Shown: positions 29,175 through 38,465 of the stretch, piece after piece | How the letters are laid out: each line of letters starts with the position of its first letter | How positions within the stretch are numbered: position 1 is the stretch's first letter | Assembly (NCBI GenBank): GCA_965198115.1 | Contig: OZ240241.1 | Coordinates: 5,184,001 to 5,248,000 of the forward strand | DNA length: 64,000 nucleotides | Direction of reading: 5' to 3' | Source: Candidatus Latescibacterota bacterium | GTDB lineage: Bacteria > Latescibacterota > UBA2968 | Notes under the pieces: generated by a model | The model's input: the letters and a program-made list of their open reading frames with translations, nothing else | The model's database searches: none | What the model was told of the DNA's origin: nothing | Made by a program: the position numbers and the translations under genes

Positions 29175-30337
29175 TTGACATCATACACATCGGCATCGTC
29201 GGCATCGGGTCCCGTGGTCTGCACTGGATTCGAAATCTTAAACAAATCGAAGGCTATCGAATCACGGCCCTCTGCGATCCGATCGTGGCCACGCACGCGT
29301 CCGCCCAAGCTCTGCTCGACGAGCCCGTACCTGCGTATCCAAGCTACGAAGACTTTCTTGCGGACAAGAACATCGACGCGGTGGCGATCACGGTGCGCTG
29401 CGAGGAGCAGGGCGCTCTGGCAGCACAGGCGCTCGAGGCCGGTAAGCACGTCAATGCGGAGGTGCCCGCCGCGCACACGATGGAAGACTGCTGGCGAATC
29501 GTACTGGCCGCAGAGCGATCAGGACTCGTTTACCAACTGGCCGAACAAACCCGCTTCATGGGCTACGTGGACGCCTGGTGCGATCTGGTCACCTCCGGAC
29601 GACTGGGCAGGATCACTTACTGCGAGGGACAGTACATCGGTCATTACGGCACGCATCAGTTCTTTCAGGATCTCCAGACAGGCCGATTCTATCCCCTCGA
29701 CCAGCTCGCCGACCATCCAGAAGCCAAGCCCACCTGGCTTCATCGCATGCCACCGATTCACTACCTGCCCCACGAGCTCAGTCCGATGCTCAAGGTCCTA
29801 GACGATCGCGTAGTCGAGGTGACAGCCATGAGCACAGCTTCACCCAGCTACAAGCATCCCGAAATCGGTCAGCCGGATATCCAGGTGGCCTTGATGAAAA
29901 CCGAAAAGGACACACTGCTGAGAATGGCGACTGGGTTCACCCAGCCCGTGTCCCACCCGCGCGGTCATCATTGGTATCAGCTCATCGGCACAGACGGCTG
30001 CGTCGAATGGAAAAGAACCGGCAGTGGTAAACCCCTGCTCTGGCTGGCCGACAACCAGATGCACGACATGGCCGAAGTCGATTGGCGGTATGAACGAACC
30101 GATGCTCCTGCGGAGGCGCGCAGCAGCGGTCACGGCGACGCGGACTATTACGTGCACGTGGAATTCCGCGATGCTGTACTTGGTGTTCGTCCTCTGGAGT
30201 TCGACGTCTACCGGGCGATCGAGACGGCCGCGCCCGCGATTTTGGCCGCCGACTCTATCGACCAGGGCACGACGCTGATGCAAGTGCCCGACTTCCGACC
30301 CGGCGATACCCGCGCGGCAGGGTTCGCTCCCGCATAG
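29171..30337 (+). CDS. Gfo/Idh/MocA oxidoreductase
   Basis: IGIVGIGSRG, GKHV.AEVPA, YLPH, GHGDADYY. Confidence 0.88.
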   Translation: MIDIIHIGIVGIGSRGLHWIRNLKQIEGYRITALCDPIVATHASAQALLDEPVPAYPSYEDFLADKNIDAVAITVRCEEQGALAAQALEAGKHVNAEVPAAHTMEDCWRIVLAAERSGLVYQLAEQTRFMGYVDAWCDLVTSGRLGRITYCEGQYIGHYGTHQFFQDLQTGRFYPLDQLADHPEAKPTWLHRMPPIHYLPHELSPMLKVLDDRVVEVTAMSTASPSYKHPEIGQPDIQVALMKTEKDTLLRMATGFTQPVSHPRGHHWYQLIGTDGCVEWKRTGSGKPLLWLADNQMHDMAEVDWRYERTDAPAEARSSGHGDADYYVHVEFRDAVLGVRPLEFDVYRAIETAAPAILAADSIDQGTTLMQVPDFRPGDTRAAGFAPA

Positions 30338-30370
30338 ACGCGAGTTTCGGTGCCCAAAAGGGGCCTCGAC

Positions 30371-31117
30371 ATGACTGCGGAAGAGATCCAGGATCGCGCC
30401 AGGCAAGTGCGCGACGTAGGCTACACCATCTTAGAGGGATGTCTTACAAAGGACATCGTAGAAACGGTGGCCCGTGCGTTCGCTCCGATCTGGGACGGGC
30501 ATCAGGACATCATTCGAACGGACCCGAACCGTGGATCGATGCGGCACTTCATCCCACTGCCTTTCCACGTGCCCTTTTACCAGTCGGCCATCCACGCGAA
30601 CTCGGATGTCATCGCCATCGTAAAAAAGGTCCTTGGAGAGGACATGCTGCTCGTCCGGTATGGGACGGACACACCCACCAGAGGAAGTGTCTACCAGGAT
30701 TGGCACGGCGATGTCGACGTTCTGTTTCCCGAGGAGCCTGACCCCATCCCGCCCCCGGCTGTCATCACCGTCAATTTCTCGTTCGTCGACGTCAACCTGG
30801 AGAACGGCCCTATCGAGGTCGCGGATGGAACACATCGTCTCCCGTTCGAGGTCGCCAGAGCGCGTATTGAGGGAGGCGAGATCCCTTATCAGCCCCTATG
30901 CATGAACGTGGGCGACGCCCTGATCCGAGATCCACGGTGTGTTCATCGCGGCACCCCCAACAGGACGGATGCGCCACGAACCGTCGCTGCCCTTGCATTC
31001 CAACGGCGGTGGTATCGGATACACGCCCACCACCAGGGGCGGTTCCCTCGCCACCTCTATGACACGCTGTCCGAAGTGGAACAGCAGCTGTTGAAGGGAA
31101 TCGTCGAACCACCATAG
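30371..31117 (+). CDS. PhyH-family dioxygenase, KanJ-like (paralogue B1)
   Basis: GS.YQDWHGD, VNF..VD...ENGP.E, IRDPR..HRGTPN....R. Confidence 0.88.
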   Translation: MTAEEIQDRARQVRDVGYTILEGCLTKDIVETVARAFAPIWDGHQDIIRTDPNRGSMRHFIPLPFHVPFYQSAIHANSDVIAIVKKVLGEDMLLVRYGTDTPTRGSVYQDWHGDVDVLFPEEPDPIPPPAVITVNFSFVDVNLENGPIEVADGTHRLPFEVARARIEGGEIPYQPLCMNVGDALIRDPRCVHRGTPNRTDAPRTVAALAFQRRWYRIHAHHQGRFPRHLYDTLSEVEQQLLKGIVEPP

Positions 31118-31163
31118 TCTTGTTACGGATAACACGCGGTCGTGATTGGAGAGGAAGCATCTG

Positions 31164-31217
31164 ATGGATGACAAACTGACGACACAGCGGGAGCCCGGAG
31201 CGAAGGTCGGGACGTGA
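31164..31217 (+). pseudogene. Stub of the DegT gene start, translationally coupled to paralogue B2
   Basis: ATGGATGACAAACTGACGA...GAGCCCGG matches the 31999 start ATGGATGACAGACTGGCGA...AAGCCCGG; its TGA overlaps the GTG at 31214. Confidence 0.6.
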
Positions 31218-31957
31218 CAGCGGAAGAGATCCAGGATCGTGTCAAGCAAGTGCGTGAAGTGGGCTACACCATCTTGAGCGGGTGCTTTCCCATAGACATC
31301 GTGGAAACGATGGCCCGGGCGTTTGCCCCGATCTGGGATGGGCATCAGGACATCATTCGAACGTCCCCAAACCGTGGACCTATGCGGCATTACATTCCAC
31401 TGCCCTTCGAAGTGCCGTTTTACCAGTCGGCCATTCACGCGAATCCGGATATCATCGCCATCGTTAAGGCGATCCTCGGAGAGGATATGGAGATCGTCCA
31501 GTATGCCACGGACACGCCCGCTAAGGGGAGCGACTACCAGGAGTGGCACGGCGACGTCGGCGTCCTTTTTCCGGAAAAACCGGACTACATCCCACCGCCG
31601 GCAATCCTCTGCGTGAACTTCTCATTCGTGGATATCGATCGGGAGAACGGCCCTTTGGAAGTGGCGGACGGAACGCAGGGACTTCCGTTCGATATCGCCA
31701 GGGAACGCGTAGAGAAGGGTGAGATCCCGCATCGGCCTCTCTTCTTGAAGGTGGGTGATGCGCTGCTTCGAGACCCACGTTGTGTCCATCGGGGGACCCC
31801 CAATACAACGAACACGCCAAGACCTGTCGCCGTCTTCGATTACGTGCGGCGGTGGTATCGACGGCGCGATCGAGGTCGCGTCTCCCGTCAATTGTATGAG
31901 AAGCTCACGGAAGTCGAGCAGAACCTGTTGAAGCGAATCGTCGAGCCTGAAGGGTGA
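31214..31957 (+). CDS. PhyH-family dioxygenase, KanJ-like (paralogue B2)
   Basis: Tandem duplicate of 30371-31117; QEWHGD, HRGTPN. Confidence 0.88.
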   Translation: MTAEEIQDRVKQVREVGYTILSGCFPIDIVETMARAFAPIWDGHQDIIRTSPNRGPMRHYIPLPFEVPFYQSAIHANPDIIAIVKAILGEDMEIVQYATDTPAKGSDYQEWHGDVGVLFPEKPDYIPPPAILCVNFSFVDIDRENGPLEVADGTQGLPFDIARERVEKGEIPHRPLFLKVGDALLRDPRCVHRGTPNTTNTPRPVAVFDYVRRWYRRRDRGRVSRQLYEKLTEVEQNLLKRIVEPEG

Positions 31958-31998
31958 TCACATAGGGCGCCAAGCCCTCAAATCAAGGACTCAACAAC

Positions 31999-33309
31999 AT
32001 GGATGACAGACTGGCGATTCTCGGCGGAAGCCCGGCGATCACGGACGACCACGACACCTTCGCGCAATGGCCCATCTACGGCGAGGAAGAGGTCGATGCC
32101 GTGAGCGAACTCATCCGGCACCACCGGCTCTCCAGCGCGCACGAGGGGGGTCCGATCGTCGAACTCGAACGGACCATCGCCGAACGCTGGGGCGTCAAGC
32201 ACGCGATCGCTCATTCCAGCGGAACGGCCGCGCTTCGATCCGCGCTCTTCGGCGTTGGCGTCGTGCGTGGGGACGAAGTCATTCTCCAATCGGCCGTCCA
32301 TCCCTTCACCTGCATCCCGATCGTCGGCTGTGGCGCCATCCCCGTCTTCGCCGACATCGATCCCAATACCCTGACGCTGGATCCGGCCGACGTCGAGAAG
32401 CGAATCACGCCTCGCACCAAGGCGATCATGGTCGTTCACTGGATGGGCATGCCGGCCGACATGGACGCGCTCCTCGACATTGCCCGTCGCCACGACGTCA
32501 AAGTCGTCGAGGACAACTGCGTATCCCAGGGCACGCTCCATCGAGGTCGAATGTGCGGAACGTTGGGTGACACAGCCGGCATCAGCTTTCAAGATGGCAA
32601 AATGACCTCCGGTGGAGAGGGCGGCATGTTCCTCACGAATGACGACGCCTGCTACCAGCGTGCTGCGACACTCGGCCACTACGAGCGCCTCAAGGACTTG
32701 CCCGATGAGAAATACCGTGGCGTGTCCGGCTTCAGCTTTGGAGAGAAATACCGGATGGCCACCGTCACGGCAGCCATCGGCTGCGTACAGATGAAGCATT
32801 GGGACAAACGTTTATCTACACGCAAGGAAAACGATCGGAAGCTGGGTGAGACGATTGCTGAAATCGCCGGGTTCGACGCACCGGATGTGCCCGACTACGT
32901 CGAATCGCCTTTCGACCGCGGCTACATTCGGTTCAATCCAGAAGAGCTGGCCGGATTGGACCGCGAGGCAGTACTCGAAGCGCTGCAGGCGGAGGGCGCG
33001 AAGGTCACCTCGCCGGCACGGAAAGTCAGCCGGATCCCGCACACCGAACTGCCTCGCGCGCTGCACCTGCATCCCATCTTTACCAACAATGAGGCCAGCA
33101 CGGGCGACCTTCTGGCAGAGGTGCTCGGGCCCGCCGCGAACGAAATTGTCTCGGGCCCTGGAACCTTGCCCGTGACGGAGGACCCCGAACTCCCCTACGA
33201 CACCATCGCCCTCCCGTCGTTCACCCGTCCTGCGGAGGACCTGATTGTCCAGTATGGCCACGCGTTCCGGAAGATCGCCTTGCAAGCAGGTGATTTGGTG
33301 AATCGCTAG
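31999..33309 (+). CDS. DegT/DnrJ/EryC1/StrS aminotransferase
   Basis: LAILGG, SGTAAL, GDEVI, VEDNC..QG, SFQDGKM..GEGG. Confidence 0.92.
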   Translation: MDDRLAILGGSPAITDDHDTFAQWPIYGEEEVDAVSELIRHHRLSSAHEGGPIVELERTIAERWGVKHAIAHSSGTAALRSALFGVGVVRGDEVILQSAVHPFTCIPIVGCGAIPVFADIDPNTLTLDPADVEKRITPRTKAIMVVHWMGMPADMDALLDIARRHDVKVVEDNCVSQGTLHRGRMCGTLGDTAGISFQDGKMTSGGEGGMFLTNDDACYQRAATLGHYERLKDLPDEKYRGVSGFSFGEKYRMATVTAAIGCVQMKHWDKRLSTRKENDRKLGETIAEIAGFDAPDVPDYVESPFDRGYIRFNPEELAGLDREAVLEALQAEGAKVTSPARKVSRIPHTELPRALHLHPIFTNNEASTGDLLAEVLGPAANEIVSGPGTLPVTEDPELPYDTIALPSFTRPAEDLIVQYGHAFRKIALQAGDLVNR

Positions 33310-33387
33310 TCGTTCAGAGGGAGTGAACCTCGTCGTTACTAACCTTTACGGCCAGAACATATGATCTCGATGCCGTCTCGGCTTTTC

Positions 33388-33415
33388 CTGAACTCTGAAC
33401 ACTGAACACCGAACC
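33388..33415. repeat. Heptamer tandem repeat, CTGAACA-type, 4 units
   Basis: CTGAACT CTGAACA CTGAACA CCGAACC; reverse complement resembles the 52801 array. Confidence 0.7.
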
Positions 33416-33439
33416 CCTTAGGCGCCGAAGGCGACGACA

Positions 33440-34297
33440 ATGCTACTCGATTTCCACACCCACATCACGACACGACGGCCCGCCGAATCCGTCCTGGCCC
33501 ACATTCAGGCCTACGGGGGTGAAAGGTCTGTCGTTCTCCCCATCGCGCGTGGTGACTGCGCAGTGCACGACGACAGCTGGCGCATCGAACTCGCGATCGA
33601 AGCCCACGATCGGCACGGCGTTGCGATCATCCCGTTCTGCCACGTCAACCCCCTCGCGCCGGACGCGCTCGACCAGATCTGTCGACATCACGAAACCGGT
33701 CTCTTCCGCGGATTCGGCGAGCACAAAGTCAGGATCGCGTGCGATCACCCGATGTCCGTCCAAATCTACAGACTGTGCGGCGAGCTGGACTGGCCCGTCC
33801 TGCTCCACTTCGACTACAACGACCATCACAACTACAACATCGAAGCGTTCGATTCCGTGCTCGAATCGTGTCCGGACGCGACCTTCGTCGGTCACGCCCA
33901 GTCGTGGTGGGCGAACGTGAGCGCCCGCGTCGTCCGAGACCCATCCGCATCCGACTTCGAAGAATATCCCAAGGGACCCGTCGAGAGGGGCGGACTCGTC
34001 GATCGCTGGCTAGAGACCTACCCGAACCTCCACACCGACCTCTCCGCGCGATCCGCCTACAATGCCCTCACGCGAGATCCCGAATTCGGAAGAGACTTCG
34101 TTCACCGACACTGTCACAAGCTGATCTGGGGATCCGACTGCCCCTGTCTCGACGGGAAGGGGAACCTTTACGATGGAGGGCACCGAGATTGCCTGTCAGC
34201 ACTGACCTTACCCGTTCTTCGCGACTACTGTTCGGACGATCAGTACGATGACATCACTTTCCGGAATGCCGAGCGTCTGCTCGGAATATCCGTTTAA
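33440..34297 (+). CDS. Amidohydrolase_2-family metal-dependent hydrolase
   Basis: DFHTH, FGEHK, PVLLH, FVGH, YPNLH.DLS, WGSD, NA.RLL. Confidence 0.9.
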   Translation: MLLDFHTHITTRRPAESVLAHIQAYGGERSVVLPIARGDCAVHDDSWRIELAIEAHDRHGVAIIPFCHVNPLAPDALDQICRHHETGLFRGFGEHKVRIACDHPMSVQIYRLCGELDWPVLLHFDYNDHHNYNIEAFDSVLESCPDATFVGHAQSWWANVSARVVRDPSASDFEEYPKGPVERGGLVDRWLETYPNLHTDLSARSAYNALTRDPEFGRDFVHRHCHKLIWGSDCPCLDGKGNLYDGGHRDCLSALTLPVLRDYCSDDQYDDITFRNAERLLGISV

Positions 34298-34309
34298 CGG
34301 AGTGTAGCT

Positions 34310-35953
34310 ATGAAGAAGCCCAGACTGATCTACTACCAGGACGCCCACCACTTTCACGCCAAGCGGCTCGACCCACCCTTGAGTCTCCACAAGCTCCGTT
34401 GGCCCATCGACGAACTGCTCGGAACGGGCGTCGATACGCTGGCCTTCGGGCTGGGCTACGGCGACGTCTACTTCCACAACAGCAAGCACGGCCGCGTCGT
34501 CGGTCAGAAGATGGAGGTGTGGAACAACCTGCCCGACTGGCGAATCATGCGGATGGTCAAAGATGCGCGGGAGATGGGCACCGACCAGCTCAGGGAGGTC
34601 GTCAACCGCGGGAGAGAGATGGGGCTGTCCGTCATCCCGAGCATGAAGGTCCAAAGCTGCGACCCGCCCAGGTCGGACCGTGCCGGGCTTTTGAAGTGGG
34701 AGCGCCACGAGGAAGTCTGCCTGGGTGAGATCGACGAGTGGCATCCGCGCTACGAGAACTGCTATGACTACGCTCATCCAGCCGTCCGGGAGGCCAAACT
34801 CGCTGTCATCAAGGAAGTGCTCGAAGACTACCAGGCCGACGGCATCGAGCTGGACTTCATGTTCGTGCCGCGTTTCTTCAAGAAGGACGAACAGGAATCC
34901 AACGCACCGATCATGGACGGATTCCTTGCTGAGGTCCGGAAAGTGGCGGACGAGATCGGCAAAGCGCAGAACCGGAAGGTCACCGTCGCCACCCGTGTGT
35001 TCGACCAGGAACGTTACAACCTGAGGCACGGGCTCGACGTCAAGACCTGGCTGAAGCAGAAGAGCGTGGACGTCGTCGTCGGCCAGATCACGGAGTTCCT
35101 GTTCGATACCGGTGTTGTCGACGTCCGGTGGCTCGGTGATGCGACAAACAAAGCCGATGCCGCCGCCTACGTACGTCCTTCGCGCCGGGACCGTGTCTAC
35201 GACGAGCGGACAGCCAGACCCAGCACGGAAATGTATCGCGCCCTCACCCAGACGATCTGCGATCAGGGATGCGCCGGCCTCTACCTGGGCAACCTTCCCT
35301 GGCCGTTCGGTCAGAGGGAGTACCAGATCCTTCGAGAGGTCGCGTATCCTGAAGCGCACGCCCGAAGCGACAAGATCTACTTTCTCCAGCCGCGCGAACC
35401 GGGCCTCGTATTCGAGGAGCTGCTCGACTACGCGAGCGGCTACCCCGTGCTGCCTCGCCAGCCGGGACACGAAGTCACCGATCCGCCCCCACGTCAGCTT
35501 CCGATTCCTCTGGAGGAGGGCAAGACGGCGAGCGTCAACATCGTCATCTCCGACGACCTGGACAGCGCTCGACAGGACGGCGAGATGCGCAAGCCTGAGC
35601 TCACCATTCGCTTTAATTCCTTCTGCGTCGACGACGAGATCGAGATCCGGTTCAACGCCCGCGTCCTGAATCCAGAAGATGCGGACGTGACGGACGAAAG
35701 AGCGCTAAGTATCGCCGACAAACCAGGGAAGACGACACCGATCGAGGCGCCCATGGGTATGTCCGCCCACTGGTTCCGCTACAAACTTAACATCGACTTG
35801 CTCCAGAAGGGTGTGAACACGCTCGAGGTGGAGATGAAACGCTTCGGAGACTTGGCGGATTTCGAGCGATCCATCAACGGTGTGGAAATACGTACGCGTT
35901 ACAAGGACTTCGAGAGACCCCAGGGGCTCGAAGTGTCAACCGTCGAGCCGTAA
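34310..35953 (+). CDS. GHL10-like TIM-barrel glycoside hydrolase-like protein with C-terminal beta domain
   Basis: LIYYQD, DYAHPAVR...IKEVLEDY..DGIELDF. Confidence 0.55.
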   Translation: MKKPRLIYYQDAHHFHAKRLDPPLSLHKLRWPIDELLGTGVDTLAFGLGYGDVYFHNSKHGRVVGQKMEVWNNLPDWRIMRMVKDAREMGTDQLREVVNRGREMGLSVIPSMKVQSCDPPRSDRAGLLKWERHEEVCLGEIDEWHPRYENCYDYAHPAVREAKLAVIKEVLEDYQADGIELDFMFVPRFFKKDEQESNAPIMDGFLAEVRKVADEIGKAQNRKVTVATRVFDQERYNLRHGLDVKTWLKQKSVDVVVGQITEFLFDTGVVDVRWLGDATNKADAAAYVRPSRRDRVYDERTARPSTEMYRALTQTICDQGCAGLYLGNLPWPFGQREYQILREVAYPEAHARSDKIYFLQPREPGLVFEELLDYASGYPVLPRQPGHEVTDPPPRQLPIPLEEGKTASVNIVISDDLDSARQDGEMRKPELTIRFNSFCVDDEIEIRFNARVLNPEDADVTDERALSIADKPGKTTPIEAPMGMSAHWFRYKLNIDLLQKGVNTLEVEMKRFGDLADFERSINGVEIRTRYKDFERPQGLEVSTVEP

Positions 35954-35984
35954 AGAAGCGGTTCCCTTATTAGCATGGCTCCTC

Positions 35985-36067
35985 AGCGGCGTCAGTTCGA
36001 GCGCGAGTCGAGAACACGCCCATCAAGATGAGCGAATAGGGACTTCTCGACTCCGCTCGAAGTGACC
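35985..36067 (+). repeat. ~82-bp palindromic REP/MITE-like repeat, copy 1
   Basis: GTCAGTTCGAGCG..GTCGAGAA ... TTCTCGACTCCGCTCGAAGTGAC; near-identical copy at 61525. Confidence 0.9.
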
Positions 36068-36201
36068 CTGCGCGGTTTCATTCGACAGTGCAACTTACGG
36101 GACAAGCCACTCCGGATTCCACGAAGACCAGGCCCCCGTGCACCACTTCGCGATCATCTGTCCTCGTACTCTGCGCGAGGACAACACATCGAGTGCCAAT
36201 C

Positions 36202-37335
36202 ATGCGTGTCGTCGAATCAGGCCTCGTCTACGACGGCCACACTGCCCCAACCCATCAGCGTTCGTGCGCGTTCACGACTGTCTGTCTTCTCCAGAATGAG
36301 ACGGTCCTCGTCTCCGGACGTTGGGGCAGCGATCGGGATTCACCCGACGGTCACGCCTGCATCTTCGCGACCAGCGATCGCGGGACGACCTGGGAAAAGC
36401 GATACGACAGCCACGGTCTCAACGACTGGGACGGCACCGCAGGCGAGAACAAGGGCCTGACGAGCGTCGAGTTGGAGCCCGGTCGTCTTCACGCGACCTC
36501 ACTCTGGGTCGACCGCTCCCATCCGGAACGTCCATTCATCCATCCGGAAACACAGGGCCTGCTGCCGATGCGCATCATGCATCGGACCTCCGCCGACGAG
36601 GGGCGCACCTGGGGCTCACCCCAGCGAATGGATACGTCGCCACACGTGGCCACCTCACCCTGTTCTTCGGCACTGCTTCGGCTCCCGAACAACATCCTCG
36701 CCCAACCCTACGAACAGTGGAAAGAGTACGACGATGCTTCCCCCGGCCGACCCGCGGCTCGGCTTCGATTCTCAGACGACGACGGCCAGACCTGGCCCGA
36801 ATTCGTGACCGTTGCCCAGCATCCCGACAACAGCCTTGCCTACTGGGATCAGCGTCTGGCGATTCACCCGGGCACGAAACAGCTGGTCGCCACGTTCTGG
36901 ACCCACGACTTCAACGCCGGTGTCGATATCGACATCCACATCGCCTGGGGCTCTCCCGACGGACACGATTGGTCAATCCCACAGCCCACAGGGTTGCCGG
37001 GCCAACATTGTCAGCCGCTGGCTCTCGGCGACGACCGATTGCTCGCAGCCTACACCCAACGTCGCGACCCACCGGGAATCGCTCTCTCCATCAGTAACAA
37101 CTTCGGCCGAACGTGGGACCGATCGCAGGACCTGATGGTCTACGACAGCACTGAAGGCACGGAATCGGGAGCCGCATCATCCCGCTCCCAGGCCGAGCTG
37201 TGGGGCGACATGGAGCGATGGCGGTTCGGACATCCACGCGCGGTTCTTCTGCCGAATGGAGAGGTGTTTGTCGTCTACTACGCGGGAGATGACGAAGTCA
37301 AGAGTGCGAGGTGGGCGAGAGTGGAGGTGAGTTAG
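36202..37335 (+). CDS. BNR/Asp-box sialidase-like protein
   Basis: SDRGTTW, SADEGRTW, SDDDGQTW, SPDGHDW, SNNFGRTW; FGHP...VVYY. Confidence 0.85.
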   Translation: MRVVESGLVYDGHTAPTHQRSCAFTTVCLLQNETVLVSGRWGSDRDSPDGHACIFATSDRGTTWEKRYDSHGLNDWDGTAGENKGLTSVELEPGRLHATSLWVDRSHPERPFIHPETQGLLPMRIMHRTSADEGRTWGSPQRMDTSPHVATSPCSSALLRLPNNILAQPYEQWKEYDDASPGRPAARLRFSDDDGQTWPEFVTVAQHPDNSLAYWDQRLAIHPGTKQLVATFWTHDFNAGVDIDIHIAWGSPDGHDWSIPQPTGLPGQHCQPLALGDDRLLAAYTQRRDPPGIALSISNNFGRTWDRSQDLMVYDSTEGTESGAASSRSQAELWGDMERWRFGHPRAVLLPNGEVFVVYYAGDDEVKSARWARVEVS

Positions 37336-37349
37336 AGTGACCGTACTAA

Positions 37350-37374
37350 CGCCTTCGTGCAAAGCACGAAGGCG
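37350..37374. terminator. Perfect hairpin (terminator or REP-like)
   Basis: CGCCTTCGTGC-AAA-GCACGAAGGCG, 11-bp stem 14 nt after a stop codon; no U-tract. Confidence 0.45.
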
Positions 37375-37418
37375 AGCAGAAACGCGTTTCATAATCAAAA
37401 TAAAGCGTTACACTCATC

Positions 37419-37441
37419 CCTGTCCTGAGCCTGTCGAAGGG
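37419..37441. repeat. CTGAGC..GTCGAAG REP-like unit
   Basis: CCTGTCCTGAGCCTGTCGAAGGG; related to 48947. Confidence 0.6.
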
Positions 37442-37484
37442 CTATGCACAGGGACGCTTTAGAGTTCGACTGAAAGGGGCAACC

Positions 37485-38459
37485 ATGTATATCCACGATG
37501 TGATTGGATGGGAGCAGTTCAACGACGAGCTGCTCAGCTTTACCAAAGCCATCAGTGTGGACGTGATTCAGCTGAACCTCCGCACGGGTGGAAAGAACGA
37601 GGCCGAACAGATCGTTCGTGAAGGACGCGACAGCACCGAGCTCTTCGAGAAAGCTCGGGAAAAGGTCGAATCCCACGGCCTGAAGCTGCACACGGTTTTC
37701 ATGTCCGCCTGGGATGAAATCACCCTGGCCAAACCTGACCGGGATGAAAAGCTCGACATCTGGTGCCGCATGACCGAGTGCCTCGGAAAGGCGGGCGTCC
37801 CGACGCTCGGCTGGAACTTTAAACCCAGAGGCAACTTCCGGACGACCGCGGACATCGGTCGGGGCGGCGTACGATACAGCACGTTCGACTATGCCGAATT
37901 CGAAAAAAACCGACCAGAGCAGCACGATCCCCCGGTCTCCGAAGACGAGATGTGGAACAACATGGAAGCCTTTCTCAAGGTGGCCGTGCCTGCGGCTGAA
38001 AAAGCCGGCGTGCGGATGGGCCTCCACCCGGACGATCCTCCCATCCAGGAAGCGTTGGGCGGCGTGGCGCAAATTTGCTCGACCGTCGAACAGTTTCGCC
38101 GAATCTTCGCGACCGTCCCCAGCGACCACCACGGCATGCTCTTCTGCCAGGGTTGTATGACCGAACTCGTCGGACCGGAACGCATTTACGATGTCATCGC
38201 CGAGATGGCTTCGAACAACAAGATCGAATGGGTCCACTTTCGGAATGTGAGGGGCCAGCTTCCACGATTTGTAGAAACCTTCCACGACGAGGGGCAGGTG
38301 GACATGCACAAAGCCATGCGTGTCTACCGCGACAACGGGTTCAACGGCCCCTTCGGAATGGACCACACACCCAGCTTCCCGCAGGAGCACGCAGGATGGG
38401 CTGGGAAGGCCTATGCCAACGGCTACATCCGGGCGCTGATCGAAGAGGTCTACGGGTAG
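37485..38459 (+). CDS. uxuA: Mannonate dehydratase (UxuA)-like protein
   Basis: PAAEKAGVRMGLHPDDPP, FCQG, VHFRNVRG, F.ETFHDEG.VDM, DH.P, YANGYIRAL. Confidence 0.8.
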   Translation: MYIHDVIGWEQFNDELLSFTKAISVDVIQLNLRTGGKNEAEQIVREGRDSTELFEKAREKVESHGLKLHTVFMSAWDEITLAKPDRDEKLDIWCRMTECLGKAGVPTLGWNFKPRGNFRTTADIGRGGVRYSTFDYAEFEKNRPEQHDPPVSEDEMWNNMEAFLKVAVPAAEKAGVRMGLHPDDPPIQEALGGVAQICSTVEQFRRIFATVPSDHHGMLFCQGCMTELVGPERIYDVIAEMASNNKIEWVHFRNVRGQLPRFVETFHDEGQVDMHKAMRVYRDNGFNGPFGMDHTPSFPQEHAGWAGKAYANGYIRALIEEVYG

Positions 38460-38465
38460 GCCTCG

